32,000 nucleotides of DNA, taken from positions 2,010,001 through 2,042,000 of the forward strand of contig NC_008340.1 in the NCBI RefSeq assembly GCF_000014785.1. The letters are read 5' to 3'. This document shows positions 8,555 through 17,903 of the stretch, piece by piece. The DNA comes from Alkalilimnicola ehrlichii MLHE-1 (GTDB lineage: Bacteria; Pseudomonadota; Gammaproteobacteria; Nitrococcales; Halorhodospiraceae). The notes under the pieces are model-generated. The model ran no database searches. It was not told the origin of the DNA and saw only the letters and a list, made by a program, of their open reading frames with translations. A program made the translations under genes and the position numbers. Positions within the stretch are counted from its first letter, which is position 1. The number at the start of each line of letters is the position of its first letter.

Positions 8555-10336
8555 ATGGAATCTGAGTCGCAACCAGGCAGCAGCCGCCAAGATGGCGAAC
8601 ACTCGCGTAGCACCCTCGTCGTTCTTCTGCACGCGTTCGGCAAGACCCCCGCGTCGCTGGACGATCTGGTGGAACTCCTTCAGCGGCAACCGCAATACCG
8701 TGATGCCGAATTCTTCGTGCCACCGCTTCCGTTGGGGTACGCTTCCCTGTCCGACCCAGTGGCTATAGCGAACGAAATCGTGACCGGCATAGACCGACAG
8801 TGGGTCGCCTCCAACGGCGAGATCGAGCGCATCGTTTTGATCGGGCACAGCTACGGTGCTCTTCTCGCACGGAAGGTCTATGTCGTAGCTTGCGGCGAAA
8901 CGCCGAAGGCCCCATTCGACCCGACAATAATGCATAGGACCGGCCGACCTTGGGCGGCGAAGGTTGAGCGGCTCGTGCTATTGGCTGGTATGAACCGCGG
9001 ATGGCGCATCTCCCACCACCTCTCGTTGTTCAAAGCCATCTACTGGACCATCGGCACCTGGGTAGGTGCCCTACTGTGGCTTATCAAGCGCAGGCCGCCA
9101 GCTATCTTTTGCATCCGGCGGGGCGCCTCTTTCATCACGCAACTACGAGTGCAATGGCTGTGGATGCGCCGTTTTGCACGAGAGCGCGGTTATGGAGATG
9201 CACTCACGATCCAACTCTTGGGGTCTATCGATGACATAGTCGCCCCGGAAGACAACGTTGATCTGGTATCGGGCCGGGATTTCGTCTACCTCGACGTGCC
9301 CCACTCCGGCCATGGCAACGTAATTAGGGTGGCAGACCCGGAACCACTAGCGACACCCACGGCAGCCGGCGCATGCACCCGGGGACAGGCGCGGGCCAGT
9401 CAGATCCTGAAGGCGCTTCTGGCACCCGTTGAGGCGCTCAAAGCCGAGTCGGTTCTGCCCCATGACCATGCCCCCGCCGACAGCGACGAAACGGTGCGGG
9501 ACGTGGTGTTTGTAATCCACGGCATACGCGACCGCGGTTACTGGACCCACAAGATTGCGCGCCGGGTGCAGTCTTTGGCCCAACAGCGTGGTGGGGCCGG
9601 ATTGCGAATCGCCACCGCCACCTCAAGCTACGGCTATTTCCCCATGCTCCCTTTCCTGATGCTGCATAAACGCAGGGAGAAAGTGGAGTGGCTAATGGAC
9701 CAGTACACCGAGGCACTGGCCCGTTGGCCGAATGCCCGATTCTCCTTTATCGGGCATAGCAACGGCACCTATCTTCTGGCGCGAGCACTCCGCGATTATC
9801 CCTCATGCCGTTTCCACAATGTGGTATTCGCCGGCAGCGTGGTGCCCACCCATTACCCATGGGGTGAGGCCATTGAACGGGGGCAGGTCCAACGGGTTCT
9901 AAACTATGTAGCCACAAGCGATTGGGTGGTCGCCATCTTCCCGAAAGCGTTGGAGATGGTGGAGTGGCAGGACTTGGGAAGCGCCGGGCATGACGGCTTT
10001 CGGGAGCCGAGAACGCCCGCGGTGGCCCAGGTCCACTATGTGCGCGGGGCCCACAGCGCCGCGCTAAGCGAGGATAACTGGGATGCGCTGGCGAGTTTCA
10101 TCCTGGACGGAAAGCCGCTCCCACCGCCGGAGGCCTTGCAGGCAAAGAAGCAATCATTGGTGGTCGGCCTCGCCGGCTCCGTAGCGCCGTTGGTCTGCTT
10201 GGCCCTGATAGGTCTCGCCCTGTTGGCTGGTATCGGCATCTGGCAGTGGGAGCCGGACTACCCCCCGGTCAATATCAGCACCCTGGCCACCCTCGCCTTC
10301 GTGGCAGCGATCTGGCACGTCGTGACCCGCCTATGA
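8555..10336 (+). CDS. Tandem alpha/beta-hydrolase protein with C-terminal transmembrane segments
   Basis: Two nucleophile motifs (GHSYG, GHSNG), two strand-1 motifs (VVLLHAF, VFVIHGI), candidate catalytic His in each half (PHSGHGN, RGAHSA) and a hydrophobic C-terminus (LVCLALIGLALLAGIGIW...ATLAFVAAIW). The ATG at 8555 is likely; the track starts at 8522. Confidence 0.75.
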   Translation: MESESQPGSSRQDGEHSRSTLVVLLHAFGKTPASLDDLVELLQRQPQYRDAEFFVPPLPLGYASLSDPVAIANEIVTGIDRQWVASNGEIERIVLIGHSYGALLARKVYVVACGETPKAPFDPTIMHRTGRPWAAKVERLVLLAGMNRGWRISHHLSLFKAIYWTIGTWVGALLWLIKRRPPAIFCIRRGASFITQLRVQWLWMRRFARERGYGDALTIQLLGSIDDIVAPEDNVDLVSGRDFVYLDVPHSGHGNVIRVADPEPLATPTAAGACTRGQARASQILKALLAPVEALKAESVLPHDHAPADSDETVRDVVFVIHGIRDRGYWTHKIARRVQSLAQQRGGAGLRIATATSSYGYFPMLPFLMLHKRREKVEWLMDQYTEALARWPNARFSFIGHSNGTYLLARALRDYPSCRFHNVVFAGSVVPTHYPWGEAIERGQVQRVLNYVATSDWVVAIFPKALEMVEWQDLGSAGHDGFREPRTPAVAQVHYVRGAHSAALSEDNWDALASFILDGKPLPPPEALQAKKQSLVVGLAGSVAPLVCLALIGLALLAGIGIWQWEPDYPPVNISTLATLAFVAAIWHVVTRL

Positions 10337-10350
10337 GTGCATCCAAGCCG

Positions 10351-10764
10351 TTACCGGTGGTACTCGCCAGAGCGCTCCGGTTGGTACAGGATCTCCTCAA
10401 TGCGGACCCGCAGCACACCGCCGCCCGGCTTCGGCCACTCGATCTCGTCGCCCTGGGAGAGTCCCAGCAGCGCACTGCCCACCGGGGCCAGCACCGAGAT
10501 CTTGCCGCTGGTGGCATCCATATCCTTGGGATAGACCAGCGTCAGGGTAAACTCTTCGGAGGAAGAGGCCACGCGGAAGCGCACCGTGGAGTTCATGGAC
10601 ACCACGGTGGGCGGGATATCCTCTGGCTCCACGATTTCCGCCCGTTCCAGCTCCGCCTTGAGTTCAGCCTTGCTTGGAACGCCGCCCGCCGGCAGCGAGT
10701 CCAGCAAATCGTAAAGCCGGTCCGCATCCAAAGTGGAAATGACAATATTCGGTCTTTCGCTCAT
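10351..10764 (-). CDS. rnk: Regulator of nucleoside diphosphate kinase / GreA-GreB family protein
   Basis: MSERPNIVISTLDADRLYDLLDSL...TSGKISVLAPVGSALLGLSQGDEIEWPKPGGG.LRVRIEEILYQPE matches the Rnk/Gre C-terminal FKBP-like domain pattern. Confidence 0.85.
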   Translation of the reverse strand: MSERPNIVISTLDADRLYDLLDSLPAGGVPSKAELKAELERAEIVEPEDIPPTVVSMNSTVRFRVASSSEEFTLTLVYPKDMDATSGKISVLAPVGSALLGLSQGDEIEWPKPGGGVLRVRIEEILYQPERSGEYHR

Positions 10765-10922
10765 TAAATCGTTCCCACATAAAAAATGGGCCCCCACGCG
10801 GCGGGGTAGACCACCCTGCCGTATAGGGGCCGCATCGTTGTCTGATCGGTAACAGTAATACCGAAGACTGCCACGTTGCCCGCGCGGAGACAAGCGGGGG
10901 AACGGGCCGCTCCCCGGACCAA

Positions 10923-11477
10923 TCAGCGTTCGAAAAACGCCCTCAGTGATTCCTCACGCGCACGAACGGCCTGCAGATCCTGTTCGGGCACCTCGGGCAC
11001 CGCGTCGGCCATGATCTGCTTTTGCTGCTCCAACGCCTCCCGCATCTGCGCCTTCTGCTCCTCAGTGAGGTGCGGACTCTCCTCCAGGTCCCGCAGCGCC
11101 TGCTGCCGTTCCCGTTCCATCTCCGGTGCCATCCGCTCCATCTCCAGGGCATAAAAGGCGTTGAATATGCGGTTGCTGGTCCGCGCCCACGCCTGGGCAT
11201 CCTCGAAGCCGTGGCGCTGCATGAGCTCCTGCACCGCCGCGTGCTGCCTGGCCGCTTCCGCCATCACGCGGCCGAACTCCCCCGGCGCCATATCGCCGGG
11301 ATCGTCCATCGCCCGCAACTCCCGCTCTAGATCGTCGGCCTCTTCCTCCGCCCATTCGTCCAGCGCCTGCAGGGCGTTCAACCAGCGATCGACGGTCGCC
11401 CCGTCCAGGGCATGGGCCGGGGCAGCGACCAGCAGCGCCAGCACCCACAGGACCAGCATCCCTTTACGAATGTGCAT
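10923..11477 (-). CDS. Hypothetical secreted alpha-helical protein
   Basis: Signal peptide MHIRKGMLVLWVLALLVAAPAHA followed by a Glu/Arg-rich helical region. Confidence 0.6.
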   Translation of the reverse strand: MHIRKGMLVLWVLALLVAAPAHALDGATVDRWLNALQALDEWAEEEADDLERELRAMDDPGDMAPGEFGRVMAEAARQHAAVQELMQRHGFEDAQAWARTSNRIFNAFYALEMERMAPEMERERQQALRDLEESPHLTEEQKAQMREALEQQKQIMADAVPEVPEQDLQAVRAREESLRAFFER

Positions 11478-11578
11478 CAATTGTCCCCCTCCCTGATTCT
11501 CCCGCTCCGGGCCTGCCCCATGTTGGCAGATGACCGCCATTTTCTCCAATCGCCTGCACCGCCGCCCAATAGCCCTGG

Positions 11579-12268
11579 CTAGCGTTCGACCACCGACCAG
11601 CCGTCGTCCTGCCTCACGAAGGTGATCTCCTCGGTGAAGGGCTGCCCCTGTTCATGATGCGCGACCAGTTCGTCCAGACGGGGGCTGCCCACCGACCGCG
11701 CCCAGTGCTCGCGTGAGGCCTGGAGCAGCGTCTCGAAGTGCGGGCTGTCGGCAAAGCCCGCCAGCTCGGTCCGGGACTCGGCGACGGCGGTGATCACCTT
11801 GCGCCCCTGGAGCTCGAAAGGCGATGAGATGTCGTGCAGGCGCACCACTTCCAGCGCAACGAAACACAGGCCAATGCCCTCTCGGTGGTAACGCTCGCCG
11901 GTGTCGGTCAGGTGGTAGCGGATCTCGCCATTGCGCCGCTCCTCCAGCACACCCAGCCCAAGCAACGCATCGAAGATCGGGGCCACCTCGTTGCTGCCCA
12001 AACCGCTCGGGCGCTCGATGGGAAAGCGGTTCACCCACTGGAGGTAGACCTGGTCGAAACACCCCCTGGGGCGTTCCGCGTAGCCCGTCCTGACCGCCTC
12101 CTCCAATGCCTGCCGGTCGGGAGTGCCATTGCCACCACAACCACTCAGGCCCACTATAACGGCCAGGAACGCCGCGCCCACCGCAACACCGTACGCCACC
12201 TTCGGTACTGTCTTGCTCATCATCGATACACCCACTATCGGGACCTGCCCCATCACTCCCGGCGACAC
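11579..12268 (-). CDS. Hypothetical lipoprotein
   Basis: Lipobox-like LSGC after a hydrophobic segment. The start could be internal (MMSKTVPKVAYGVAV). Confidence 0.6.
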   Translation of the reverse strand: MSPGVMGQVPIVGVSMMSKTVPKVAYGVAVGAAFLAVIVGLSGCGGNGTPDRQALEEAVRTGYAERPRGCFDQVYLQWVNRFPIERPSGLGSNEVAPIFDALLGLGVLEERRNGEIRYHLTDTGERYHREGIGLCFVALEVVRLHDISSPFELQGRKVITAVAESRTELAGFADSPHFETLLQASREHWARSVGSPRLDELVAHHEQGQPFTEEITFVRQDDGWSVVER

Positions 12269-12461
12269 CGGCCTGCGGGCCAGGGTCTACCCGCCAAAGA
12301 TAGCCCCTCTGCGCTGGTACGGGGAAACACGTAAGTAGTTACGCGAATGGTGGGCTGACGGCAGGTTACTCACACTGACCCAGGTGGCCATACGGCCACG
12401 TTCCGCCCTCAGGCCCGCGTAAGCGCAAGGCCCGCCGCTTGTTGTGATGGGAGACCAACCG

Positions 12462-13337
12462 ATGTCCTGGCCGCTTTACATGCCCACCGCCGCCCTCACC
12501 TTCGCCGTTGCCGTAGGGGCATCCGCCGCCAGCCCCACCCTGGGCGCGGAACCGGGGCGCCAGACCCTCGACGAGACTTTCGCGCCCTATGCCGAGTTGC
12601 TGGACCGCCATCTCCTTGAAAAGGCGTTGCCCAACGGCGGGCTCGTTTCGGCATTCGATTACCAGGCGGCCCTGGACCACCCGGAAACCGAGGCCCTGCT
12701 CCAGGAGCAGGACCAACTGCTGGCACTGTTCGACCGTGCCAGCCTGGATGAACGGCAGCGGGCGGTGGCCTTCTGGCTGAATACCTACAACTACTTCATG
12801 CTCGCCCATATCCTCAGCAACCCCCGCAATGGCGAGCTGGTGGGCAGCGTCCGCGACTACGGCCATCTGTTTAATCCCTACCGGGTATTCAGCCAAAACC
12901 ACTTCGACATCGGTGGTCGCAAATTCAGCCTCTCGGAGATCGAAAACGAGATCCTGCTGGGCGACGACTACCGCGCCCTGGGCTGGAAGGACGCCCGGGT
13001 GCACTTCGCCGTGAACTGTGCCTCGGTCGGTTGCCCGCCGCTGCGCACCGAGCTTTACCGCCCCGACAACGTGGACGCCCTGCTGGCGGAGAACACCCGC
13101 CGTGCCCTGCGCACCCCGCGGCATTTCGAGCTGCGTGGCGACACACTCTATCTCACCGAGTTATTCGACTGGTACGAGGAGCACTTTGTCGCCGAACAGG
13201 GCTCGGTGAAGGCATGGCTGCGCGCTCACGGCGAAGATGCGGTCGTTGAGGCCGTAGACCGGGCACGCCGTATCCGCCACACCGCTTACGATTGGCAGCT
13301 GAACCGGCCCGAAAACTTCCCCGAGTTCAGCGACTGA
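12462..13337 (+). CDS. DUF547 domain-containing protein
   Basis: RQRAVAFWLNTYNYFMLAHIL and HFAVNCASVGCPPLRTELYRPDNV are typical DUF547 motifs. N-terminal signal sequence present. Confidence 0.82.
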   Translation: MSWPLYMPTAALTFAVAVGASAASPTLGAEPGRQTLDETFAPYAELLDRHLLEKALPNGGLVSAFDYQAALDHPETEALLQEQDQLLALFDRASLDERQRAVAFWLNTYNYFMLAHILSNPRNGELVGSVRDYGHLFNPYRVFSQNHFDIGGRKFSLSEIENEILLGDDYRALGWKDARVHFAVNCASVGCPPLRTELYRPDNVDALLAENTRRALRTPRHFELRGDTLYLTELFDWYEEHFVAEQGSVKAWLRAHGEDAVVEAVDRARRIRHTAYDWQLNRPENFPEFSD

Positions 13338-13409
13338 CCAGACCCGCAGCCTCAATGAGCGCAGTACCCCCATCCATCCTGATCGGCGTAACTGGCCCCT
13401 AACCCCGGA

Positions 13410-14855
13410 TCAGAAACTCCCGAACAGGGTGCCCAGGGTGATCAGGACCACGAGCGAGGCGAAGGGCACCACCATGGCGGTCATGGCCAGGTCGAAATAG
13501 GCCTGGCGGTGGGTCAGGCGGGTAATGGCCAGCAGGGTGATCACCGCCCCGTTGTGGGGCAACGTATCCAGCCCGCCGGTGGCGACCGCGGTCACCCGGT
13601 GCAGCAGTTCCGGGTTGATGCCATGCACCTGCGCCATCTCCAGGTAGGTCTCGCCCAGTGTGGACAGGGCGATACTCATGCCGCCGGAGGCGGAGCCGGT
13701 CATGCCGGCCAGCACGTTGACGGCGATGGCCAGCGAGATCAACGGGTTGTCCCCACCCACCCCGACCACCGTGTCGCGAATGAGCAGGAAGGCACCGAGG
13801 GATGCGATGACCGCGCCGAAGCCCACCAGGCTCGCGGTGTTGAAGATGGGCAGCAGGGAGGCATTGGCCCCGTTGTCGACGGATTGCTTGAGCCCGGTCA
13901 GGCGGCGCCAGTTGGTGGCGATCAGCACCAGCAGCGACAACACCAGCGCGGCGATCACCGACCAGATACCGCGCACCTGATCGATCGCGGTTTCCCCGTA
14001 GATCGGCAGGGCGAGGTAGTCGGTGTCCATGCGCGGGATGATCAGGAAGGTGAACACCAGGTTTATAGCGATCACCAACACCAGAGGGAGCACGGCGATC
14101 AGGATGGGCGGCGGCCCGACCGGTTGCTGCTCGACCGGAAGCTCCATGAGGTCGAAGCCCTCGCCTGCCGCCCGTTCGCGCAATTCTTTGTCGGGCGTGA
14201 AATCCGCGTCGTCATGGTCCCCGTAGCCTTCCTTCGCGAGCTTCCGGGCACGGTACTGGAGCCAGAGCATCCCCAGCGAGAACATCACCACCGCGGTGAT
14301 CACCCCGAGCCCGGGGGCGGCGAAGGGCGAGGTGCCGAAGTACGGCATCGGGATGGCGTTCTGTATGGCTGGCGTGCCCGGCAAGGCGGTCATGGTGAAG
14401 GTGAACGCCCCCAGGGCGATGGTGGCTGGAATCAGCCGCTTGGGGATATCGGCCTGCCGGAACAGCGCCGCCGCAATGGGGAAGACGGCAAAGGCCACCA
14501 CGAACAGCGAGACACCGCCGTAGGTCATCACGGCACAGGAGAGCACCACGGCCAGAATGGCGCGGTTGCTGCCGAGCCGCTCGATGATGGCGTTGGCGAG
14601 CACCTCCGCGCTGCCCGAGTCCTCCATCAGCTTCCCGAACACCGCGCCGAGCAGGAATACCGGGAAGTAGAGGGCGATGAAGTCGGCGGTACTGCCCATG
14701 AAGATCTGCGTGTAACTCGCCAGCACCCGGCCCTCGAGGCTGGCCACCACCGCAAAGGTGGCCAGCGCCGGTGCCAGGATCAGCAGGCTGATCCCGCGAT
14801 AGGCGAGATAGATCAACAGCCCCAGCGTGATCAGGATGACGACTATGCCCAGCAC
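13410..14855 (-). CDS. GntP-family permease
   Basis: 481 aa, multi-TM, LGIVVILITLGLLIYLAYRGISLLILAPALA...GTPAIQNAIPMPYFGTSPFAAPG...NVLAGMTGSASGGMSIAL, typical of the GntP/hydroxybutyrate permease group. Confidence 0.85.
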   Translation of the reverse strand: MLGIVVILITLGLLIYLAYRGISLLILAPALATFAVVASLEGRVLASYTQIFMGSTADFIALYFPVFLLGAVFGKLMEDSGSAEVLANAIIERLGSNRAILAVVLSCAVMTYGGVSLFVVAFAVFPIAAALFRQADIPKRLIPATIALGAFTFTMTALPGTPAIQNAIPMPYFGTSPFAAPGLGVITAVVMFSLGMLWLQYRARKLAKEGYGDHDDADFTPDKELRERAAGEGFDLMELPVEQQPVGPPPILIAVLPLVLVIAINLVFTFLIIPRMDTDYLALPIYGETAIDQVRGIWSVIAALVLSLLVLIATNWRRLTGLKQSVDNGANASLLPIFNTASLVGFGAVIASLGAFLLIRDTVVGVGGDNPLISLAIAVNVLAGMTGSASGGMSIALSTLGETYLEMAQVHGINPELLHRVTAVATGGLDTLPHNGAVITLLAITRLTHRQAYFDLAMTAMVVPFASLVVLITLGTLFGSF

Positions 14856-14859
14856 GGCC

Positions 14860-15936
14860 TTACTCCCCTTTCCCGGTGGTGGCGTCCGATCCGGGGATTT
14901 GGGGCGGCTGGAAGCTGTCCTCGAACAGGCTGCTCAGGTCGAAGGTCGAGCGAACACCCAGGTCATCGAAGTGGTGTGCCAGGAAACGGTCCGCCCACGC
15001 CCAGCCGCGCGCCTTGAGGTGCAGAAGGTACTCCCACTCCGCGTTCATCTTGCTGGAGGCATCCAGGTCCTTGAGCTCCTCGTGGGCGTGGATCAGGTGC
15101 ACGTAGATATCGCGGTAGCGTTCCGATTCCAGCTTCTCGGCCTCGATAAGCTGGTGCAGCAGCGCGATGGAGCGCAGCTCCTTGATCAGACTGGCGTTGA
15201 AGGTGATCTCGTTGACGCGGTTGATGATCTCGCGGCCCGTACGCGGCAGCGCCTCGCGCCGTAACGGGTTGATCTGCACCACGATCAGGTCGCGCGTGGC
15301 CTTGTCCTCCACCAGGGGATAGAGGGCCGGGTTGCCGATATAGCCCCCGTCCCAGTACGCCTCGCCGTCGATCTCCACGGCCTGAAAGGCAAACGGCAGG
15401 CAGGCGGAAGCCATGACCGAGTCCACGGAGATCTCCGGCTGGGTGAAGGTGCGGCCGCGCCCGGTCCGCACATTGGTGGCGGTGACAAACACCTTCAGGT
15501 CCGCGCAATGGTTGACCCGGGAAAAATCCACCGTTTCGGCCACCAGGTCGCGCAGGGGATTGATGTTGAGGGGGTTGAGTTCGTAGGGCGAGAACTGCCG
15601 GGTCAGGTGCTCGAAGAACAGGTAGCCGGGCGAATTGTCCAGGCTGTAATTGCTGGTCATGCGGTCCCACAGGCTGCGCTGAACCGGAGAGAACCGTGCC
15701 GAATCACTGACCTGTTTCCAGAAGGCCTCCAGGGCCTTGCGTGCGCCTTCCCGGCCGTCGCGGTCCAGACCGTCCGCCATCACCACGGCATTCATGGCAC
15801 CGGCACTGGTGCCGCTGACGCTGGAGATGCGAATACGCAAATCCTCCAGCAGCCGGTCCAGTACCCCCCAGGTCAAGGCGCCGTGGGCACCGCCTCCCTG
15901 CAATGCGAGGTCTACGATCTTGCATGGTTCGCCTTG
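14860..15936 (-). CDS. Patatin-like protein (DUF3734/PatD-type)
   Basis: LALQGGGAHGALTWGVLDRLLEDLRIRISSVSGTSAGAMNAVVMADG...EAYWDGGYIGNPALYPL. The start at MSQGEPCK is preferred; the track extends to 15990. Confidence 0.85.
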   Translation of the reverse strand, partial: QGEPCKIVDLALQGGGAHGALTWGVLDRLLEDLRIRISSVSGTSAGAMNAVVMADGLDRDGREGARKALEAFWKQVSDSARFSPVQRSLWDRMTSNYSLDNSPGYLFFEHLTRQFSPYELNPLNINPLRDLVAETVDFSRVNHCADLKVFVTATNVRTGRGRTFTQPEISVDSVMASACLPFAFQAVEIDGEAYWDGGYIGNPALYPLVEDKATRDLIVVQINPLRREALPRTGREIINRVNEITFNASLIKELRSIALLHQLIEAEKLESERYRDIYVHLIHAHEELKDLDASSKMNAEWEYLLHLKARGWAWADRFLAHHFDDLGVRSTFDLSSLFEDSFQPPQIPGSDATTGKGE

Positions 15937-16201
15937 TGACATGGCGCTGCCTCGGTGGATAGGCGCATGGAACTGCCATGCTGCATGCACTCTAGACCAT
16001 GCACCGGGCCTTGGCCTGCCTCACCCACGCGGCCGCCCGCGCTGAAAGCGCCTGGCGGCCGCGCCCTGTGCGGTCTCAGGAGAGGACTACACTCGTAGGC
16101 GAAGGGTGCACTCCCGTGGGAATGATCGGGCGCAGCGACCCGGAAGCAATCGGTGACAAGACCGGGGGGGCAACTCCTTCGGTGTTCATGGGAGAAGCGT
16201 T

Positions 16202-16411
16202 ATGAGCCCCATTCGCATTCTTGGTATTGCCCTACTGGCCGGCGGCATCATTGCCCTGTATCTCGGCTGGCAAGCCTCACAGGGCCTGATGGAGCAGGCG
16301 CATGAGGCCTTTACCGGCCGCTTTACCGACGAGACCATGTGGTACTTCATCGGCGGAGGTGCGGCGACGGTAGCGGGACTGGCCCTGGTACTGTTCGGTG
16401 GTCGCCAGTAG
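16202..16411 (+). CDS. DUF3185 family small membrane protein
   Basis: 69 aa with two TM segments, RILGIALLAGGIIALYLGWQAS...MWYFIGGGAATVAGLALVLFG, preceded by a good ribosome-binding site (GGAG). Confidence 0.7.
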   Translation: MSPIRILGIALLAGGIIALYLGWQASQGLMEQAHEAFTGRFTDETMWYFIGGGAATVAGLALVLFGGRQ

Positions 16412-16434
16412 CGGCCAGCCTCCGCCCTGCTCGA

Positions 16435-17709
16435 TCATCGGACGCCCGCGTCCGAATAGCACTGCCGGACTTCCTCGGCGATCACCCGCAACCCCTCCGC
16501 CACCGCCTCGTCATCCTGCGAATAGGTCACCCGCAGGCACTCGTGGCGATGCGGCCAGTCTTCGTCGTCCGGCAGCCCCGGGAAGAAGTAATGCCCCGAA
16601 ACCACCAAGACACCCTTGCCCTTAAGGCGTTGGTAAAGCTCGTGGCTGGTGATGGGCAGACCCGGGAACCAGAGCCAGAGGAACATGGCCCCTTCCGGTT
16701 GATGGACAGACCAGGGACAGGCCTCGCCGAAGGCTTCGTGAAGCACGGCCACCGCCTTGCGCATCTTGGCCTCGTACCAGGGCCGGACCTGGTCGCGACT
16801 CAACGACAGGATCTCGCCGGAGCGCACCAGGCCCTCGGTGAGTTGGGGACCGAAGCTGCCGGTCGCCAGGTTGAGGATGGCATTGGTGCCACTCAGGGCG
16901 CGGATCACCTCGGGCGCGGCGATGACAATCCCAGTACGCACGGCCGGCAGCCCCAGCTTTGACAGGCTGAGGCAAAGGATCACCTGCTCGTCCCAGAAGG
17001 GCCGGGCCCGGGTATAGATCAGCTCGGGAAAGGGACTGCCGTAGGCGCCGTCGACGATCAGCGGGATATCCCACGCCCTGGCCAGTCCGTGAAGCCGGCC
17101 GATCTCCTCGTCGGTCAGCACGTTGCCGGTGGGATTGGTCGGCCGGGACACGCAAAGCGCCCCCACCTGCTCATCCAGCGCCAGTTCTTCGAAATCCAGC
17201 CGGTACTTGAAGGTGTGCGCGTCCAGCATGTCGATCCGGGGGCGCACGCTGCGGAAGGTATCCGGACCCAGCCCCGCATCGGCATAACCCAGGTATTCCG
17301 GTGCCATGGGCAGCAGGATCTGGCGCCGGCTGCCGTCCGGCATCTCGCCGGCAAAGAAGTTGAACAGCATGAAGAAGGCCGCCTGGCTGCCGTTGGTCAG
17401 GGCGATATTCTCTTCGCTCAGGCCCCAGCCGTAGGTTTCATTCAGGAGATCCTTCAGCGCACGGATGAACCGCGCCTCGCCCTGGGGTGCATCGTAAACA
17501 CCGATCAGGCGGGCCACCGCCTCCGGATCATGGGCCAGTTTCTGGAGTTCTTCACCCAGGCGTTCCTGAACCGGCGGAAAGTGCCCCGGGTTGCCCCCAC
17601 CCATCATGATCATGGGCTGATCCCCGGCCATGGCCTTGCCCAAATCATCCATCAGGCTGTTGATGCCGGCCTGTTGGGAGAATTTTTCGGCAAAAGCGGT
17701 CATCTTCAC
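16435..17709 (-). CDS. avtA: Valine--pyruvate transaminase, PLP-dependent class I/II aminotransferase
   Basis: FSQQAGINSLMDDLGKAMAG...MMGGGNPGHFPPV...ALTNGSQAAFFMLFNFFAG...LSLSKLGLPAVRTGIV (PLP-Lys motif). Confidence 0.87.
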   Translation of the reverse strand: MKMTAFAEKFSQQAGINSLMDDLGKAMAGDQPMIMMGGGNPGHFPPVQERLGEELQKLAHDPEAVARLIGVYDAPQGEARFIRALKDLLNETYGWGLSEENIALTNGSQAAFFMLFNFFAGEMPDGSRRQILLPMAPEYLGYADAGLGPDTFRSVRPRIDMLDAHTFKYRLDFEELALDEQVGALCVSRPTNPTGNVLTDEEIGRLHGLARAWDIPLIVDGAYGSPFPELIYTRARPFWDEQVILCLSLSKLGLPAVRTGIVIAAPEVIRALSGTNAILNLATGSFGPQLTEGLVRSGEILSLSRDQVRPWYEAKMRKAVAVLHEAFGEACPWSVHQPEGAMFLWLWFPGLPITSHELYQRLKGKGVLVVSGHYFFPGLPDDEDWPHRHECLRVTYSQDDEAVAEGLRVIAEEVRQCYSDAGVR

Positions 17710-17903
17710 TCTTCCGGCCCTCCGGTTCGGCCTGCCGCTGCGGCAGCATATTCATCGTGATGGCCGGAAGCGTGGAGCAGGTGGCGGGCAATCGCAAGTG
17801 ACCGGAACGTGGTCGGTTTGCAAAACCGGGAGGGCTGGCCCGGCACCCGGGCGTCGACCGGCGACAGTGGACCGGACAGCCGGGGGCGCCTAAACCTTGG
17901 AAT

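Noticed and set aside
13509-15017. 502-aa plus-strand ORF antisense to the GntP permease
   Set aside because: GC-rich shadow ORF (Gln/His/Arg/Gly-rich composition) opposite a clearly recognisable permease.
16000-16200. Possible structured RNA in the GC-rich gap upstream of the DUF3185 gene
   Set aside because: Some short self-complementary stretches (GGCCGCC...GGCGGCC) are present, but nothing matches a known riboswitch or ncRNA core and there is no clear terminator. Not supportable without covariance-model searches.
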